A stretch of 64,000 bases of DNA from assembly GCA_964015875.1 (NCBI GenBank), contig CAXHEV010000002.1, forward strand, positions 11,310 to 75,309, in the 5' to 3' direction. This DNA is from an uncultured Candidatus Poseidoniales archaeon. GTDB lineage: Archaea > Thermoplasmatota > Poseidoniia > Poseidoniales > Poseidoniaceae. The notes beneath the pieces are model-generated. The model saw only the letters and a list, made by a program, of their open reading frames with translations, was not told the DNA's origin and did no database searches. Made by a program: the position numbers and the translations under genes. This document shows positions 8,630-19,346 of this stretch, piece after piece. Within the stretch, counting starts at the first letter, position 1; every line of letters begins with the position of its first letter.

Positions 8630-10387
8630 ATGTCAGGCTACGGAATCACGGATGTCCCGACCATCAAATTGGAAGAGGATGAACAAAATTTACTCTCGTC
8701 TCTTGGTGCTGATGCCACACAATCAGCTCTTATGGCTGAGGCGATTATTCTCACTGATGAATGGGATGGCGTTCTTGGACCTGGTTCTAAAATTGCTGCC
8801 CATCGTGGTGCAGGAGCGTACCACCGCGCCTTCAGCGTCCTTTTATTCGATAGCAACAAGCGTCTTCTCCTTCAACGCAGGGCTTCAGACAAAGTGACGT
8901 TCCCCGATGTTTGGGCCAATTCCTGCTGCTCTCATCCACTTCACAGCGATGAAGAGATGGATGAAACCGATTATATTGGTTCAAAACGGGCCGCAGTTCG
9001 CAAGTTGGAGCAGGAACTTGGTATTCCACCCGAGCAAGTCCCTCTCGATTCATTCCACTTCATCACCAAAATGCGATATTCAGCGAGAATGAATGAGATC
9101 TGGATTGAACGTGAAGTAGATCATATTCTCGTCATCCAGGCCGATGTTGACTTGAATCCGAATCCTAACGAAATTTCGGAAGTCAAGTGGGTCACTCGAG
9201 ATGAACTTGAGGAGATGCTGGTCGACGATGATGAGAATGCTGGTATTATCGCCCCATGGTTCCGATGCATCGCAGCACTGGTCATGAATGAAAAATGGTG
9301 GCAGGCTGTCGGCGATTCCGAAGCACTAGAGGACCTCGTGGACGGTCAGATTCACGACATGGGTGATGTCAGCCATATGCTCCCTGATGCACAGGGTGCA
9401 GATTTGGTGACTTCTCTTGCAGAGATCAAGCCTTTGGTTGAAGCACGAATTGAGCGTGCTCTCACCCATACATCTCACCCTCGTCTTTCTGGTGCCATGA
9501 TGCACCTCGTTAAAGGCGGTGGCAAGCGATTACGGGCATGCATGCCATGGATGGTAGCCAAAGCTGTTGGTGATACACATGCAGGCCTTCTCGATGTTGG
9601 TGCTGCGATTGAAACGATTCACAATTTTACGTTAGTTCACGATGACATCATGGATGACGATGATATTCGTCGTGGTCGTAATGCTGTTCACATCGAATAT
9701 GATTTGCCGACAGCCATCAATGCAGGTGATGCTATGCTTGCTATTGCATTTGAAGCGATGGCTGTTGCCGAAGGTATTGAACACGCTATGCTCCCCTTCT
9801 TGGTAAAGCGCATTGGTCGAATGGTGCGCCGTGTATCAGAAGGTCAACAACTCGACATTGATTTTGAGACTACGGAACGTGTGACTGAGGAACAGTACAT
9901 CGAGATGATCACTGGTAAAACCGCTGTGATGTTCCTTACCTGCGCTGAAATTGGCGCTTACCTCTCAGGTGCAGATGAGGAGACCGTGCAGTGCATGCAC
10001 GACTGGGGCCTTGCCGTAGGATTGTGCTTCCAACTCATGGATGATTTGATCGATGCTCTTTCAGATTCGGAAACCCTTGGCAAGCCTTGTGGTTCTGATG
10101 TGGCCCAAGGCAAGCGTACCCTCATGGTTATTCACGCCCTAAGACAACCTGAAAGTGATGCAAAAGCAACCTTGTTGAGTGTACTCGGCAAAGGAGATGC
10201 TGCATCACAAGATGAAATTGATGCTGGTCTCAAAGCACTTGCAGACCTAGGCTCAATTCAATACGCACGTGAACGAGCTGAAGCCTACCACTCGAAGGCA
10301 CATGAATGCCTTGACCAATTACCAGAGGGACCTGCTCTACGAGCCCTTCGGGAGTTAACGGACTTCCAGTTGGCCCGAATCAGTTGA
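8630..10387 (+). CDS. Fused type-1 isopentenyl-diphosphate isomerase / geranylgeranyl diphosphate synthase
   Basis: N-terminal HRAFSV, LLQRR, WANSCCSHP and EREVDH (IDI1). C-terminal GGKRLR, HDDIMDDDDIRRG, GQQLD, KTA and FQLMDD (trans-prenyltransferase). Confidence 0.93.
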   Translation: MSGYGITDVPTIKLEEDEQNLLSSLGADATQSALMAEAIILTDEWDGVLGPGSKIAAHRGAGAYHRAFSVLLFDSNKRLLLQRRASDKVTFPDVWANSCCSHPLHSDEEMDETDYIGSKRAAVRKLEQELGIPPEQVPLDSFHFITKMRYSARMNEIWIEREVDHILVIQADVDLNPNPNEISEVKWVTRDELEEMLVDDDENAGIIAPWFRCIAALVMNEKWWQAVGDSEALEDLVDGQIHDMGDVSHMLPDAQGADLVTSLAEIKPLVEARIERALTHTSHPRLSGAMMHLVKGGGKRLRACMPWMVAKAVGDTHAGLLDVGAAIETIHNFTLVHDDIMDDDDIRRGRNAVHIEYDLPTAINAGDAMLAIAFEAMAVAEGIEHAMLPFLVKRIGRMVRRVSEGQQLDIDFETTERVTEEQYIEMITGKTAVMFLTCAEIGAYLSGADEETVQCMHDWGLAVGLCFQLMDDLIDALSDSETLGKPCGSDVAQGKRTLMVIHALRQPESDAKATLLSVLGKGDAASQDEIDAGLKALADLGSIQYARERAEAYHSKAHECLDQLPEGPALRALRELTDFQLARIS

Positions 10388-10388
10388 T

Positions 10389-10850
10389 TCACTCAATACG
10401 GATTGATTCTCCTTGATGGAGGACGCCTTCGCGAATAACTTCAGCATACCACCGAGTCTTTTGCGGTATCATTTTGTGCGATAAGGCTTTGAATTCCCCA
10501 TCCAGAAATGACGCTTTGATCGTTTTGCAAGGTGGAGCATCACTCGTGATTCGAAGGGTGACTTCCCCAGTTTGAATGAATGAGCCAACCTTGAGTTCAT
10601 TCCAAGCAATGCCCCTAATGAGTAGATTTTCCCCTGTTGTGCCCCCAGATATAGGGTGGCCTTGATCCTGGAGTTGTTGCATGACGTCCAATGACATGAG
10701 ACAAACAGCTCGAGATGGACCTCCATGATGTTTGAGATCATTTTGTCGATCGCCCTCGCAGCCATTGATGGTCACACGCAAGGTTTCCACACGATGCTTT
10801 GGTACGCCTCCAATTGGTGAAGCGAAGAGGCCCTCAATCGAGCCGCCCAT
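10389..10850 (-). CDS. MOSC domain protein (YiiM-like)
   Basis: GVPK, GDRQ..HHGGPSRAV, GENL, PC and YAEVIREG motifs. Confidence 0.88.
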   Translation of the reverse strand: MGGSIEGLFASPIGGVPKHRVETLRVTINGCEGDRQNDLKHHGGPSRAVCLMSLDVMQQLQDQGHPISGGTTGENLLIRGIAWNELKVGSFIQTGEVTLRITSDAPPCKTIKASFLDGEFKALSHKMIPQKTRWYAEVIREGVLHQGESIRIE

Positions 10851-10855
10851 TTTTC

Positions 10856-13063
10856 TCACTCGGAATAGTAAGATTCTGGGTAAGGTTCTGGCTTGAGTCC
10901 CTTACGTGTTCGGATTTCTCCAACGACCTTGTCGAACAATTGTGGAGGAAGTTGTTGGAAACCGAGGTTTTCGGTGTTCCAAACTGCTCGTCCTTGGGAT
11001 GCTGCACGAATGTCGTTTGAGAACCCGAAGGTTTCAGCGATTGGCAGAACGCCAACAACAGTTGTGACTTCGCCTTCAGATGGCATATCTTCGATGATTC
11101 CACGGCGGTTGGTTACTTCACGAGTGACTTGTCCTAGCCAGTCATTTGGAACGGAAACGAACGCCTTTTGCATTGGTTCGAGAAGAACGGTGCGAGCCCG
11201 GAGCATAGCGCCCTTGATCCCGTTTCGAACAGCAGGAATTGTTTGCGCAGGTCCACGGTGGATTGCGTCCTCGTGCAACTTTGCATCGACGAGTCGAACA
11301 AACATTCCCTGAACTGGTTCATCAGCAATCGGTCCCTTAACACATACAGCGTTGAACGCTTCGATAATCAATTCACGAGTTTCGTGGAGTCCTTGGATAC
11401 CCTTGGTGTCGTTGACAAGGACGTTGGTTCCGTTGATAGCGTAAATTTTGCGCATCAAATCTTTGTCCATGCCGAGTTCACCGAACATGTTACCTTTTTC
11501 CTTGGCATCACTGGAACGAACTGGGCCATCGCCGAGGTCGCCGTTGCGGAGTGCTTCGACAACTTCGTCAGACAGTGCTTCGATTTCGAAGAAGAATCTG
11601 TTGTGCCGGTTTGGGGACTTGCCCTCAAATGCGTGGCCACGATTGCTGCCTTCGATACCTTCACGGTAAACCACAATCGGTGGGCTAACCTTGACCTTGA
11701 TGTTTTGTTCTTCTTCGATTCGGTACACAGTGATTTCCAAGTGGAGTTCACCCATTCCTGCTAGAAGAGCCTCTCCAGTCTCTGCATTGGTTGTGACTTG
11801 CAACGAAGCATCAGCCTTGGCGAGGGAGCGTAGTGCATCAATGAACTTTGGAAGGTCTTTCATGCTCTTTGGTTCAACCGCCACTGTGACCACAGGGTCA
11901 GAGTAGTGTCGAATGGCTTCGAAAGGTACGAAGTCTTTGTCGTGCGAAAGAGTCACACCGGCTGCGGCCGAACGAATACCAGTAAGCGCTGCGATGTTTC
12001 CTGCAACTACCTTTGGAACGGTAATACGGTCGCCACCAACCATCATGCTAACTTGCTGAACACGTTCGGGCTTTGCAGCTCCGATAGCGAAAACAGATTC
12101 ACCCTGAGCGATTGCACCAGAATAGATTCGACCAACAGCGACTTCACCTGCGTGGGGGTCCATCCAAATTTTTGTGATCATCATTGCCAGTTCTGCTTCA
12201 GGATCGCAAGACATCATCGATTTTCCGATTTCGGATTCAAGGTCTCCAGTCCAAATGTTAGGAACACGGTATGGTTGTGCTTCAACAGGACCTGGCAGCT
12301 TGGTGACGGCCATGTCGAGAAGAACTTCGTGAACAGGCGCCTTAGCAGCAAGGGTCTTTTGGTCTTCATTGTTGCAGTATTCGAAAATTTCCTTGAAGGA
12401 GATGTTCGACTTCGCCATGTAAGGGACGGTGATTCCCCAGTTGTGGTAAGCCGAACCAAAGGCCACAGTACCGTCTGCGACGGAAACTTGCCAGCTCTTC
12501 TTGAATTCTTCAGGAGCGAATTGCTTAATCAATCGGTTGACCTTCTTGATGGTCTCGGTAAACCGAGCCATCATGTCTTCTGGTGTCACTTGCAATTCGT
12601 TGATCAATCGGTCGACCTTGTTGATGAACAGAACCGGCTTGACCTTCTCTTTGAGGGCTTGTCGAACCACAGTTTCTGTTTGTGGCATTGGTCCTTCAAC
12701 AGCACAGGCGAGGATGAAACATCCGTCAACAGCACGCATAGCACGAGTGACGTCACCGCCGAAGTCAACGTGACCTGGTGTGTCGATGAGGTTGATGAGG
12801 AAATCAGTGCCTTCAACGGCGTGGACCATCGAAGCCGATGCTGCGTTGATGGTGATTCCACGAGCTGATTCTTGCTCGTCGAAATCAAGAACACGTGCGG
12901 CACCTGCAAGGTCGCTGGACATCATTCCTGCACCTGCAATCAGGTTGTCGGATAGGGTTGTCTTTCCGTGGTCAATGTGTGCTGCGATGCACAGATTTCG
13001 GATCTGTGGCAAAATGTGCATGACCTCTGTGGCCTTCTTGATGTTGTCTTCCTTTCGTCCCAT
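10856..13063 (-). CDS. fusA: Translation elongation factor aEF-2
   Basis: AHIDHGKTT, RGITI, DTPGHVDF, NKVD and the diphthamide loop HEDAIHRGPAQ. SD AGGTGA upstream. Confidence 0.98.
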   Translation of the reverse strand: MGRKEDNIKKATEVMHILPQIRNLCIAAHIDHGKTTLSDNLIAGAGMMSSDLAGAARVLDFDEQESARGITINAASASMVHAVEGTDFLINLIDTPGHVDFGGDVTRAMRAVDGCFILACAVEGPMPQTETVVRQALKEKVKPVLFINKVDRLINELQVTPEDMMARFTETIKKVNRLIKQFAPEEFKKSWQVSVADGTVAFGSAYHNWGITVPYMAKSNISFKEIFEYCNNEDQKTLAAKAPVHEVLLDMAVTKLPGPVEAQPYRVPNIWTGDLESEIGKSMMSCDPEAELAMMITKIWMDPHAGEVAVGRIYSGAIAQGESVFAIGAAKPERVQQVSMMVGGDRITVPKVVAGNIAALTGIRSAAAGVTLSHDKDFVPFEAIRHYSDPVVTVAVEPKSMKDLPKFIDALRSLAKADASLQVTTNAETGEALLAGMGELHLEITVYRIEEEQNIKVKVSPPIVVYREGIEGSNRGHAFEGKSPNRHNRFFFEIEALSDEVVEALRNGDLGDGPVRSSDAKEKGNMFGELGMDKDLMRKIYAINGTNVLVNDTKGIQGLHETRELIIEAFNAVCVKGPIADEPVQGMFVRLVDAKLHEDAIHRGPAQTIPAVRNGIKGAMLRARTVLLEPMQKAFVSVPNDWLGQVTREVTNRRGIIEDMPSEGEVTTVVGVLPIAETFGFSNDIRAASQGRAVWNTENLGFQQLPPQLFDKVVGEIRTRKGLKPEPYPESYYSE

Positions 13064-13185
13064 GAAATCACCTGTGACTTCTCGTCGTTCTTGGCCACCT
13101 GAAAGGGGTTCTTAAGGACCTCGCAACGAAGCCGAAGAAAGCGATGCTGTAAGCCAACAAAGTTTGCACTGTGTCGTGATGAGAA

Positions 13186-13200
13186 CGGGATGGAATCCCG
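13186..13200. other. Perfect hairpin CGGGAT-GGA-ATCCCG in the rps7-fusA spacer
   Basis: 6-bp inverted repeat about 25 nt after the rps7 stop; function unknown. Confidence 0.35.
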
Positions 13201-13223
13201 GTGTTGTATGATTGCTGACTTGA

Positions 13224-13853
13224 TCAGCGAGCAGATGCAGCAATCCGCTCCAACTCTTCCTTCTTGCCAACGGCAAAGGAGGTCACGTCGCCTGCAGCAG
13301 CCTTGGTCAGTTCATTGGTGATGCAACTGGTCAAGGTTCGCTTTGACTTGTGTGTGCCTTGTTGTGCGCCCTTAGCAAGGTTGCGGAGAGCGACGTCAAG
13401 ACGACGGGAGGGGGAGGAGTCAACAGCCTTTGGTTGGGAAACTGCACCGAACTTAATTCGGGTGATTTCTTCCATTGGAGCTGCGTTGCACAAAGCGTCA
13501 ACGAAGGTCTGCAACGGATTTTGGCCAGACTTTTCTGCGATGGTGTCGAGCGAAGTTTCGAAGGCTTTCATTGCGCCTTGCTTCTTCCCAGTGTATGGTC
13601 CTGTTCGCATCAATTTGTTGATGTATCGCTCGACAACCGACAACTTTGCCTTCCCGAACCATGCGTTAGCGTGGCGTCCACCGGTGTGCGGGACACCGAC
13701 GGTTGTGAGGTTGATGTAGGGTGCAAGTCCAGGATCCTTACAGGTGATGCCTGAAGCGTCCCACTTGCCAAAGACAAGGGTTCCAATTCCTGCAATTGGT
13801 CGAACTTCTTCGACTTCTTCCACAATTTCTTCGACGACTTCTGTTTCGGACAT
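13224..13853 (-). CDS. rps7: 30S ribosomal protein uS7
   Basis: LVFGKWD, PHTGGRH, NPLQ, AAPMEE, VDSSPSRRLD and KKEELERIAASAR. Start at ATG 13853. Confidence 0.97.
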   Translation of the reverse strand: MSETEVVEEIVEEVEEVRPIAGIGTLVFGKWDASGITCKDPGLAPYINLTTVGVPHTGGRHANAWFGKAKLSVVERYINKLMRTGPYTGKKQGAMKAFETSLDTIAEKSGQNPLQTFVDALCNAAPMEEITRIKFGAVSQPKAVDSSPSRRLDVALRNLAKGAQQGTHKSKRTLTSCITNELTKAAAGDVTSFAVGKKEELERIAASAR

Positions 13854-13863
13854 GATAAACACC

Positions 13864-14292
13864 TCAGCGGACAGGCTTCTCCTTTCGACCACGGACCATT
13901 TCATCGAGTGAAACACCATTGACTTGGATGACCTTGTAGCGGACACCAGGAATGTCACCGTATGAACGACCCATGCGTCCACCGATACCTTCGACCATGA
14001 CTTCATCGTGTTCGTCAATGAAGTTGATTGCACCATCGCCCGGGGCGAAGGCAGTGAGCTTGTTTCCGTTCTTGATGAGCGAAATCTTGACCGCCTTGCG
14101 GATTCCGGAGTTTGGTTGCTTTGCTTCAATACCGACCTTTTCGATCACGATACCCTTGGCTTGTGTGGAACCAGCAAGCGGGTCGTGCTTGGCTCGGGAT
14201 TTTAGCATACGCTTCTTGTATCGACGGTCAGACCATCGAAACTTTTGGCGGTCTTTTGCCATTTTAGCACCAGCGAAGAGTCCTCTACCCAT
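13864..14292 (-). CDS. rps12: 30S ribosomal protein uS12
   Basis: [21 protein letters not shown] and [10 protein letters not shown]. Start at ATG 14292. Confidence 0.98.
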   Translation of the reverse strand: MGRGLFAGAKMAKDRQKFRWSDRRYKKRMLKSRAKHDPLAGSTQAKGIVIEKVGIEAKQPNSGIRKAVKISLIKNGNKLTAFAPGDGAINFIDEHDEVMVEGIGGRMGRSYGDIPGVRYKVIQVNGVSLDEMVRGRKEKPVR

Positions 14293-14467
14293 GATAATCA
14301 CTGCATTGAAGCATTTTGCCGACTTGAAGCCCCTATTTAACAACAACCATCGAAGCGTGTGAGTCCCATTCAACCCGGAATGTACGGCATGGATTGAAAT
14401 GCATTGAATTTGGGGCGAATTCAAAGGGTGAAAACTGTGTCGGCGGTAAGAGTTTTCTGAACGAAGG

Positions 14468-14473
14468 TTCAAG
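14468..14473 (+). promoter_or_regulatory. Putative TATA-like element (TTCAAG) of the UbiD-family gene
   Basis: Ends 23 nt before ATG 14497. Confidence 0.45.
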
Positions 14474-14496
14474 CGGCGGGTGCCGGTGGCGCCACC

Positions 14497-15768
14497 ATGG
14501 CATTTCGCGACCACCTGAAAGCGGCTCGAACCGAAAGCGCACCAGTCAGCATCATCCATGGTCTATGGGAGCACTCTCGTGCGTCACACCATGCGTTGAC
14601 TGTTTTTGATAATCTCGTAGAAACACCTGGTCATCGAGCAGCTGTCAATATTCTGACAAGAGATCGTCTATGTGAGGCGATTGGAATTTCACCAGAGGAG
14701 TACATCGATACCCTCGGATGGGCCATGTCCAATCCTAGCGAGCCGGTCATCGTCGATGCGTCCGAAGCAGAATGCTTTGACAATATACAAGAACAGGTTA
14801 ACATCATGAAACTCCCCATTCCACATCACTGGCCACAAGACCGAGGGCGATACTCTTCGGCAAGCGTTATCATTGCCGAAGACAACGGGATACGCAACAT
14901 GTCGTTTCATCGACAATTTGTTCGCGATGAGAATCATCTCGTCGTCCGGCTTGTACCTCGACACCTACGAACCATGACCATGGAAGCAAGAGGGACTGGT
15001 GGTGAAGTCAACATCGCAGTTGTCAACGCTCCAGATCCAGTCGTCCTTCTTGCGGCGGCAATGTCGTTTGATGATAACATCGATGAATTGACGATTGCTG
15101 CTGCTCTGCATGAGAAGCTCTACGGAAAACCACTTCGACTTACACGAATGCCAAACGGCGTGTTGGCGCCCGCAGATGCAGAATATGTTCTGTGGGGGAG
15201 AATTACAGGCGAAAACGACGATGAGGGGCCTTATGTGGACATCACGGGGACCGTCGACGACGTTCGCCAAGAACCAGTCATAGAAATCGAAGGAGTCGTC
15301 CACAGAGATCACCCAATTTTCCATGCGCTGATTCCCGGTGAGGCCGAACACAAGACACTCATGGGCTTACCTCGCGCACCGACCATCAAATCCGCTGTGA
15401 GTGAAGTTTGTGAATGCCTTGATGTCCACATGACCGAAGGCGGTTGTGGGTGGCTGGCTGCTGTGGTGAAAATTCGTCGAACCAAAGAAGAAGATCCGAA
15501 AAACGCCATTATGGCAGCGCTTGCGGGACACCGCAGCATGAAAATGGTCACCATTGTTGATGAGGACATCGATATTACCGACCCCGTGCGTGTCGAATGG
15601 GCAAAGGTCACAAGGTGGCAACCAGACATTGACACCATCATTCTCTCACACCAGAAAGGGAGTTCACTCGATCCGTCACGAGACAGCGATGGATTAACGG
15701 CTAAGGTAGGATTTGATGCAACCCTGCCTTGGGGTGTTGACCATGAAGGTTTCAAATCGGTCCAATGA
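14497..15768 (+). CDS. UbiD-family prFMN decarboxylase, probably anhydromevalonate phosphate decarboxylase
   Basis: [40 protein letters not shown] and KVGFDAT. The family call is firm; the substrate is inferred. Confidence 0.85.
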   Translation: MAFRDHLKAARTESAPVSIIHGLWEHSRASHHALTVFDNLVETPGHRAAVNILTRDRLCEAIGISPEEYIDTLGWAMSNPSEPVIVDASEAECFDNIQEQVNIMKLPIPHHWPQDRGRYSSASVIIAEDNGIRNMSFHRQFVRDENHLVVRLVPRHLRTMTMEARGTGGEVNIAVVNAPDPVVLLAAAMSFDDNIDELTIAAALHEKLYGKPLRLTRMPNGVLAPADAEYVLWGRITGENDDEGPYVDITGTVDDVRQEPVIEIEGVVHRDHPIFHALIPGEAEHKTLMGLPRAPTIKSAVSEVCECLDVHMTEGGCGWLAAVVKIRRTKEEDPKNAIMAALAGHRSMKMVTIVDEDIDITDPVRVEWAKVTRWQPDIDTIILSHQKGSSLDPSRDSDGLTAKVGFDATLPWGVDHEGFKSVQ

Positions 15769-15815
15769 AGCGAACCATCCGTAGGTTTGTTAGGTGAACC
15801 TCTCCAGTTCAGGCC

Positions 15816-16826
15816 ATGTCGGGGGACAATGCATCGTTGCTGCAGCACCCTCGAAGGAACCTTGGCAACCGCTATCGTTCTCAAGCACAGAAGTTTGCTC
15901 GTTTGGCTGCAAAGGACGAACTTCGATTTAATGAAAACATGGCATGGGCAGAACAAAACGCCCGCCAGGCGTTGTTGCATGATTTCACAGATGAGCAGAA
16001 TTGGCGATGCTTAGCAGATCTCAAACTGATCCTTGGCGACAGTGATGGGCTGGCAGCATTGCTTGAAGATCTGTTTGTGGTGCTTGGCAGAGATGCCGAG
16101 CAGATTGACCAACTGAAAGAAGTTGACTTTCTTTTGGTGGGTGTCGAGTTATTGGAAGCCGCTTTCCTCAAAGATCCCCTTGAGCCTGATGCATGGTGGA
16201 CATTAATCGATTCCACAGAGAATACAGAAGTGGCCATGGTGGACTTTTCTAACCGTTGCAAACGTCTTGATTTCAGCGATCAGAGGGCTAACATTGTCTA
16301 TGGACGTCGTCTTGAGCGAATTCGTTCGAGTGGTCGAGAAGAGGTGTTCATCGAACTGTCGAGGCATTTGCTTGCGCACCGACCAAACAATCACGAATTG
16401 TGGATGGAATTGGGTCGCTTGTATGAGCGTAGAAAGGAAGTTGACGAAGCATGGCTTTGTTACGATCATGTTCAACAATTACGCCCGCACATGACGCCCC
16501 GGGATGAATTCCTTGAACGGCTTAAGCAAGGAATGGATGGCGAATCGACTGGACCATGGACTCGGCCAACTGTGGAAAAGCGCTCTGAGTTCTTGAACCA
16601 AATGCAATCGCTCTCTCAACGAATTTCTACAACCTCGCCCGTTGTTGAAGATGCCATTGAAGAGGAATCTTTGGAACAAAAAGATCCGAACTTGGAGCGC
16701 CTTGAGTTGCTTATGGAAGCGGGTGATGCTTCCGAGGCATTTTTCTTCGCCCGCCGTCTTGTGGCTCAAGGTGAGGCTTGGGCAGAGGCTTGGGTCGACA
16801 AAGCCAAAGCAGCATTTGAGGCTTAA
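15816..16826 (+). CDS. TPR-like helical hypothetical protein
   Basis: [36 protein letters not shown] is a TPR-like repeat. Confidence 0.7.
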   Translation: MSGDNASLLQHPRRNLGNRYRSQAQKFARLAAKDELRFNENMAWAEQNARQALLHDFTDEQNWRCLADLKLILGDSDGLAALLEDLFVVLGRDAEQIDQLKEVDFLLVGVELLEAAFLKDPLEPDAWWTLIDSTENTEVAMVDFSNRCKRLDFSDQRANIVYGRRLERIRSSGREEVFIELSRHLLAHRPNNHELWMELGRLYERRKEVDEAWLCYDHVQQLRPHMTPRDEFLERLKQGMDGESTGPWTRPTVEKRSEFLNQMQSLSQRISTTSPVVEDAIEEESLEQKDPNLERLELLMEAGDASEAFFFARRLVAQGEAWAEAWVDKAKAAFEA

Positions 16827-16828
16827 CC

Positions 16829-17242
16829 ATGGGGACTAGCGAGCCTGTTTTTGTGTTAGCTTGGGTCACTGCTCGGAATGGTCCATCATTGCCGATATTT
16901 GAAGGGGGTTCGGTTCTTTTCGTAGAACATCCAACACGTGGTTGGGAAATTCCTGGTGGCCATCTGGAAGAGGGAGAGACTCCTGAAGAGGCCATGATTC
17001 GTGAACTTAAGGAAGAGACTGGGCTGGTTGGAGAAATTCAACGATGGAACAAGACGTATTATCCTAAGGGCTGGGTTGCACACATGGTCGTTGAATCGAC
17101 TCCAACCAAGGCATGGAGCGTTTCGGATTCAAACGTTGTTCAAGTTCGTTGGTGGGACGAAGTTCCACCGCTGATCGAATGGACGAAACAAGAATTCATC
17201 GATCTTTCAAATTGGCATAACGAAAAAGCTGAGGGGCAGTGA
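16829..17242 (+). CDS. NUDIX hydrolase
   Basis: Nudix box [23 protein letters not shown]. Confidence 0.9.
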   Translation: MGTSEPVFVLAWVTARNGPSLPIFEGGSVLFVEHPTRGWEIPGGHLEEGETPEEAMIRELKEETGLVGEIQRWNKTYYPKGWVAHMVVESTPTKAWSVSDSNVVQVRWWDEVPPLIEWTKQEFIDLSNWHNEKAEGQ

Positions 17243-17274
17243 ATACCACCCAATTCCTCTCTCCAAATTCGTGC

Positions 17275-18339
17275 TTAGAGCATGGTGAGGGTGGCTAATC
17301 TCAGGCCCCATGCTTCGTTGAGTTGTTCATCATCAAGACAAGCTTGTGCGACTGCGGCAAGCATTGGGTCCTCGACAGAATCTGGATTGTTGAGGAGGTC
17401 CTCAAACTGGTCCATTTTACCCATTCGGTGAGCGAGTGTAAGCAATGCACGGAGATCCGGTCGGTCGGCTCCGGAATTGTTCTCTGGCAGTTGAGCACAA
17501 CACCACTCAAATACGCCGTTGACGTCATCCGGGTGAACTTTGAGCACGGGCTCTTCATCCTCAACACCACGAGGTTTAGACTCTGCTACCTGTATCTGCA
17601 TACGTTCAGCGTCTTCATCGATGCAATGACTTGAGAAATCCAAGAACAACGCACCCGCTTCAACAGCCATGTTTGTTTGATGGGCAAGTATAGCGTGAGT
17701 ATGGGCATTCCAAGCATGCCTTGCGGCATCGAATGTATGCCCTAAGCCTGCACGAATACGACTTGCCCCTAGCCTTGAAATAGCCACAGTTTCGTGTGCA
17801 TGGCTGCCGTTTCTTGGGATTTCAGAATAGGTGGTGAGTGCCATCAATGGTTCTCCAGCAGCCATATGGAAAGCAGCTTTATTGATCAGTGATAGATCGT
17901 GATTTCTGCTCGCTTTAGCGACCGAACTCAATCTAGTTTCAGCCCACGTGAGGTCATCAGCAGCCCCTTCATTGTCACCCATCTCATACCGAGTCAATCC
18001 ACGTTCCATACGTAGTCGACCTTCCAATTCCAAGTCACGGGTTTCCTTTGCTCGTGAAATCTCAAGCGCTTCGTTAATGGCTTGTTCAAGACGCGTATCC
18101 CCCAGCATCCTTCGACGTACCAAATTGAGTGTTGCATCTTGGGCAGGCGAAAGTTCAGGTTGAATCAAGGCGAGAAGTTCAGCTGCGTCGAGAAATAATG
18201 CGGCTTCAGCAAGAGGTAACCACGTTTCCCAATTCATTTCATCTCGCCATTGAGTGAGTGTTTCAAGCTCCACAGGCCCCTCTTCTCGCCATTTGGAAAT
18301 GAAATATCCCGGCGCTTTTGGCATTTCGATATCACTCAT
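17275..18339 (-). CDS. Helical (TPR-like) hypothetical protein
   Basis: 354-aa Ala/Leu-rich ORF coupled by an ATGA overlap to the DHH gene. Confidence 0.7.
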   Translation of the reverse strand: MSDIEMPKAPGYFISKWREEGPVELETLTQWRDEMNWETWLPLAEAALFLDAAELLALIQPELSPAQDATLNLVRRRMLGDTRLEQAINEALEISRAKETRDLELEGRLRMERGLTRYEMGDNEGAADDLTWAETRLSSVAKASRNHDLSLINKAAFHMAAGEPLMALTTYSEIPRNGSHAHETVAISRLGASRIRAGLGHTFDAARHAWNAHTHAILAHQTNMAVEAGALFLDFSSHCIDEDAERMQIQVAESKPRGVEDEEPVLKVHPDDVNGVFEWCCAQLPENNSGADRPDLRALLTLAHRMGKMDQFEDLLNNPDSVEDPMLAAVAQACLDDEQLNEAWGLRLATLTML

Positions 18340-19346
18340 GTGTTCGCCTCCGTTCGTGCAGCAACAGCCACTTGGGCAATGAAAGCAGATTCAGCAGCAA
18401 TTCGATCTGCTTTACCAGACCAACCTGCTGCACCGTCGTGGCCACCACCTTCACCACCAAGTCGCTCTGCGACTGCAGCCATGAGGTTTCCGAGATGAAC
18501 ACCCTGTTGAGTGCTTGTTCTTGGTGCCCTAGCAGTCAGACGAGTTTCACCATCACGGAACCTGCTGACCAAGGCAATCTCTGCTCCAGTACCAACAAGC
18601 ATTGTGGCCAGTCGCCCCTCGAGGGTGCCTGAATATGTGTGTACTATATTCCACGAACCAGAATCGATTGATTTCGCTCTTGAAAGTCCTCGAAGCAGGC
18701 TACCTCGTTCACTCGGCGAGGTGGTTTCTGATTCTATAAACTGGAGGAATGAGGCGTAGTCGATGCTTGAATTGTCGAGCAATGCATAGGCAGAAGCGAA
18801 GGCTCCAGAGTCTGCATGACGAAACCTACCCGTATCGGTAATCAGGCCTGCTAAGAGCATCTTACGGACCGCATCGGTTCGAGCTTCTGGAGCATATTCG
18901 AGCAGGTATTGATCGATAATCTGAGTTGTCGCCCTTACGTCCCATTGCAGGTTGAGGTCTTCGTCAGTTAACGTCCAGTCCGAGGTGGCATGGTGGTCAA
19001 GAATACACAAAGGCACCCCATCTGGTAGTGAAACCCCAACTTGGCCTGGGGCTGCGGCGTCGACGATGACGATTCCTCCAATGGCATTTGGCCACGAGGT
19101 GTGAACTGGGGCAATCTTTCGAAATGGTGCTTGGAGTTGATCGACCACTCTTTTTGCCGTTCGTCCCAGGTGTATGCCACATGCCATCAATCGTGGGTGT
19201 GATGCTGCGAGTGCAATAGCGGAGCCAACTGTATCCATGTCCCCATTTTTACCGGTCAAGACCGGTACGGGACCCCGTTCACAAGCTTTGGAGAGCCAAG
19301 CATGAAATGATGCAAGATCTCCAAGTTCTACTTGACTCATACTCAC
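18336..19346 (-). CDS. DHH-family phosphoesterase (DHHA1 domain)
   Basis: NGDMD, IVD, LDHH, GLITDTGRF and GGGHDGAAG motifs. Confidence 0.88.
   Translation of the reverse strand: MSMSQVELGDLASFHAWLSKACERGPVPVLTGKNGDMDTVGSAIALAASHPRLMACGIHLGRTAKRVVDQLQAPFRKIAPVHTSWPNAIGGIVIVDAAAPGQVGVSLPDGVPLCILDHHATSDWTLTDEDLNLQWDVRATTQIIDQYLLEYAPEARTDAVRKMLLAGLITDTGRFRHADSGAFASAYALLDNSSIDYASFLQFIESETTSPSERGSLLRGLSRAKSIDSGSWNIVHTYSGTLEGRLATMLVGTGAEIALVSRFRDGETRLTARAPRTSTQQGVHLGNLMAAVAERLGGEGGGHDGAAGWSGKADRIAAESAFIAQVAVAARTEANT

Noticed and set aside
10856..14292. rps12-rps7-fusA without tuf/rps10 or upstream rpo genes
   Set aside because: Fragmentation of the str cluster is common in archaea.
14405..14425. 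Imperfect palindrome TTGAATT-n7-AATTCAA between the divergent rps12 and UbiD genes
   Set aside because: It could be an operator, but a single short AT-rich palindrome is not enough support.
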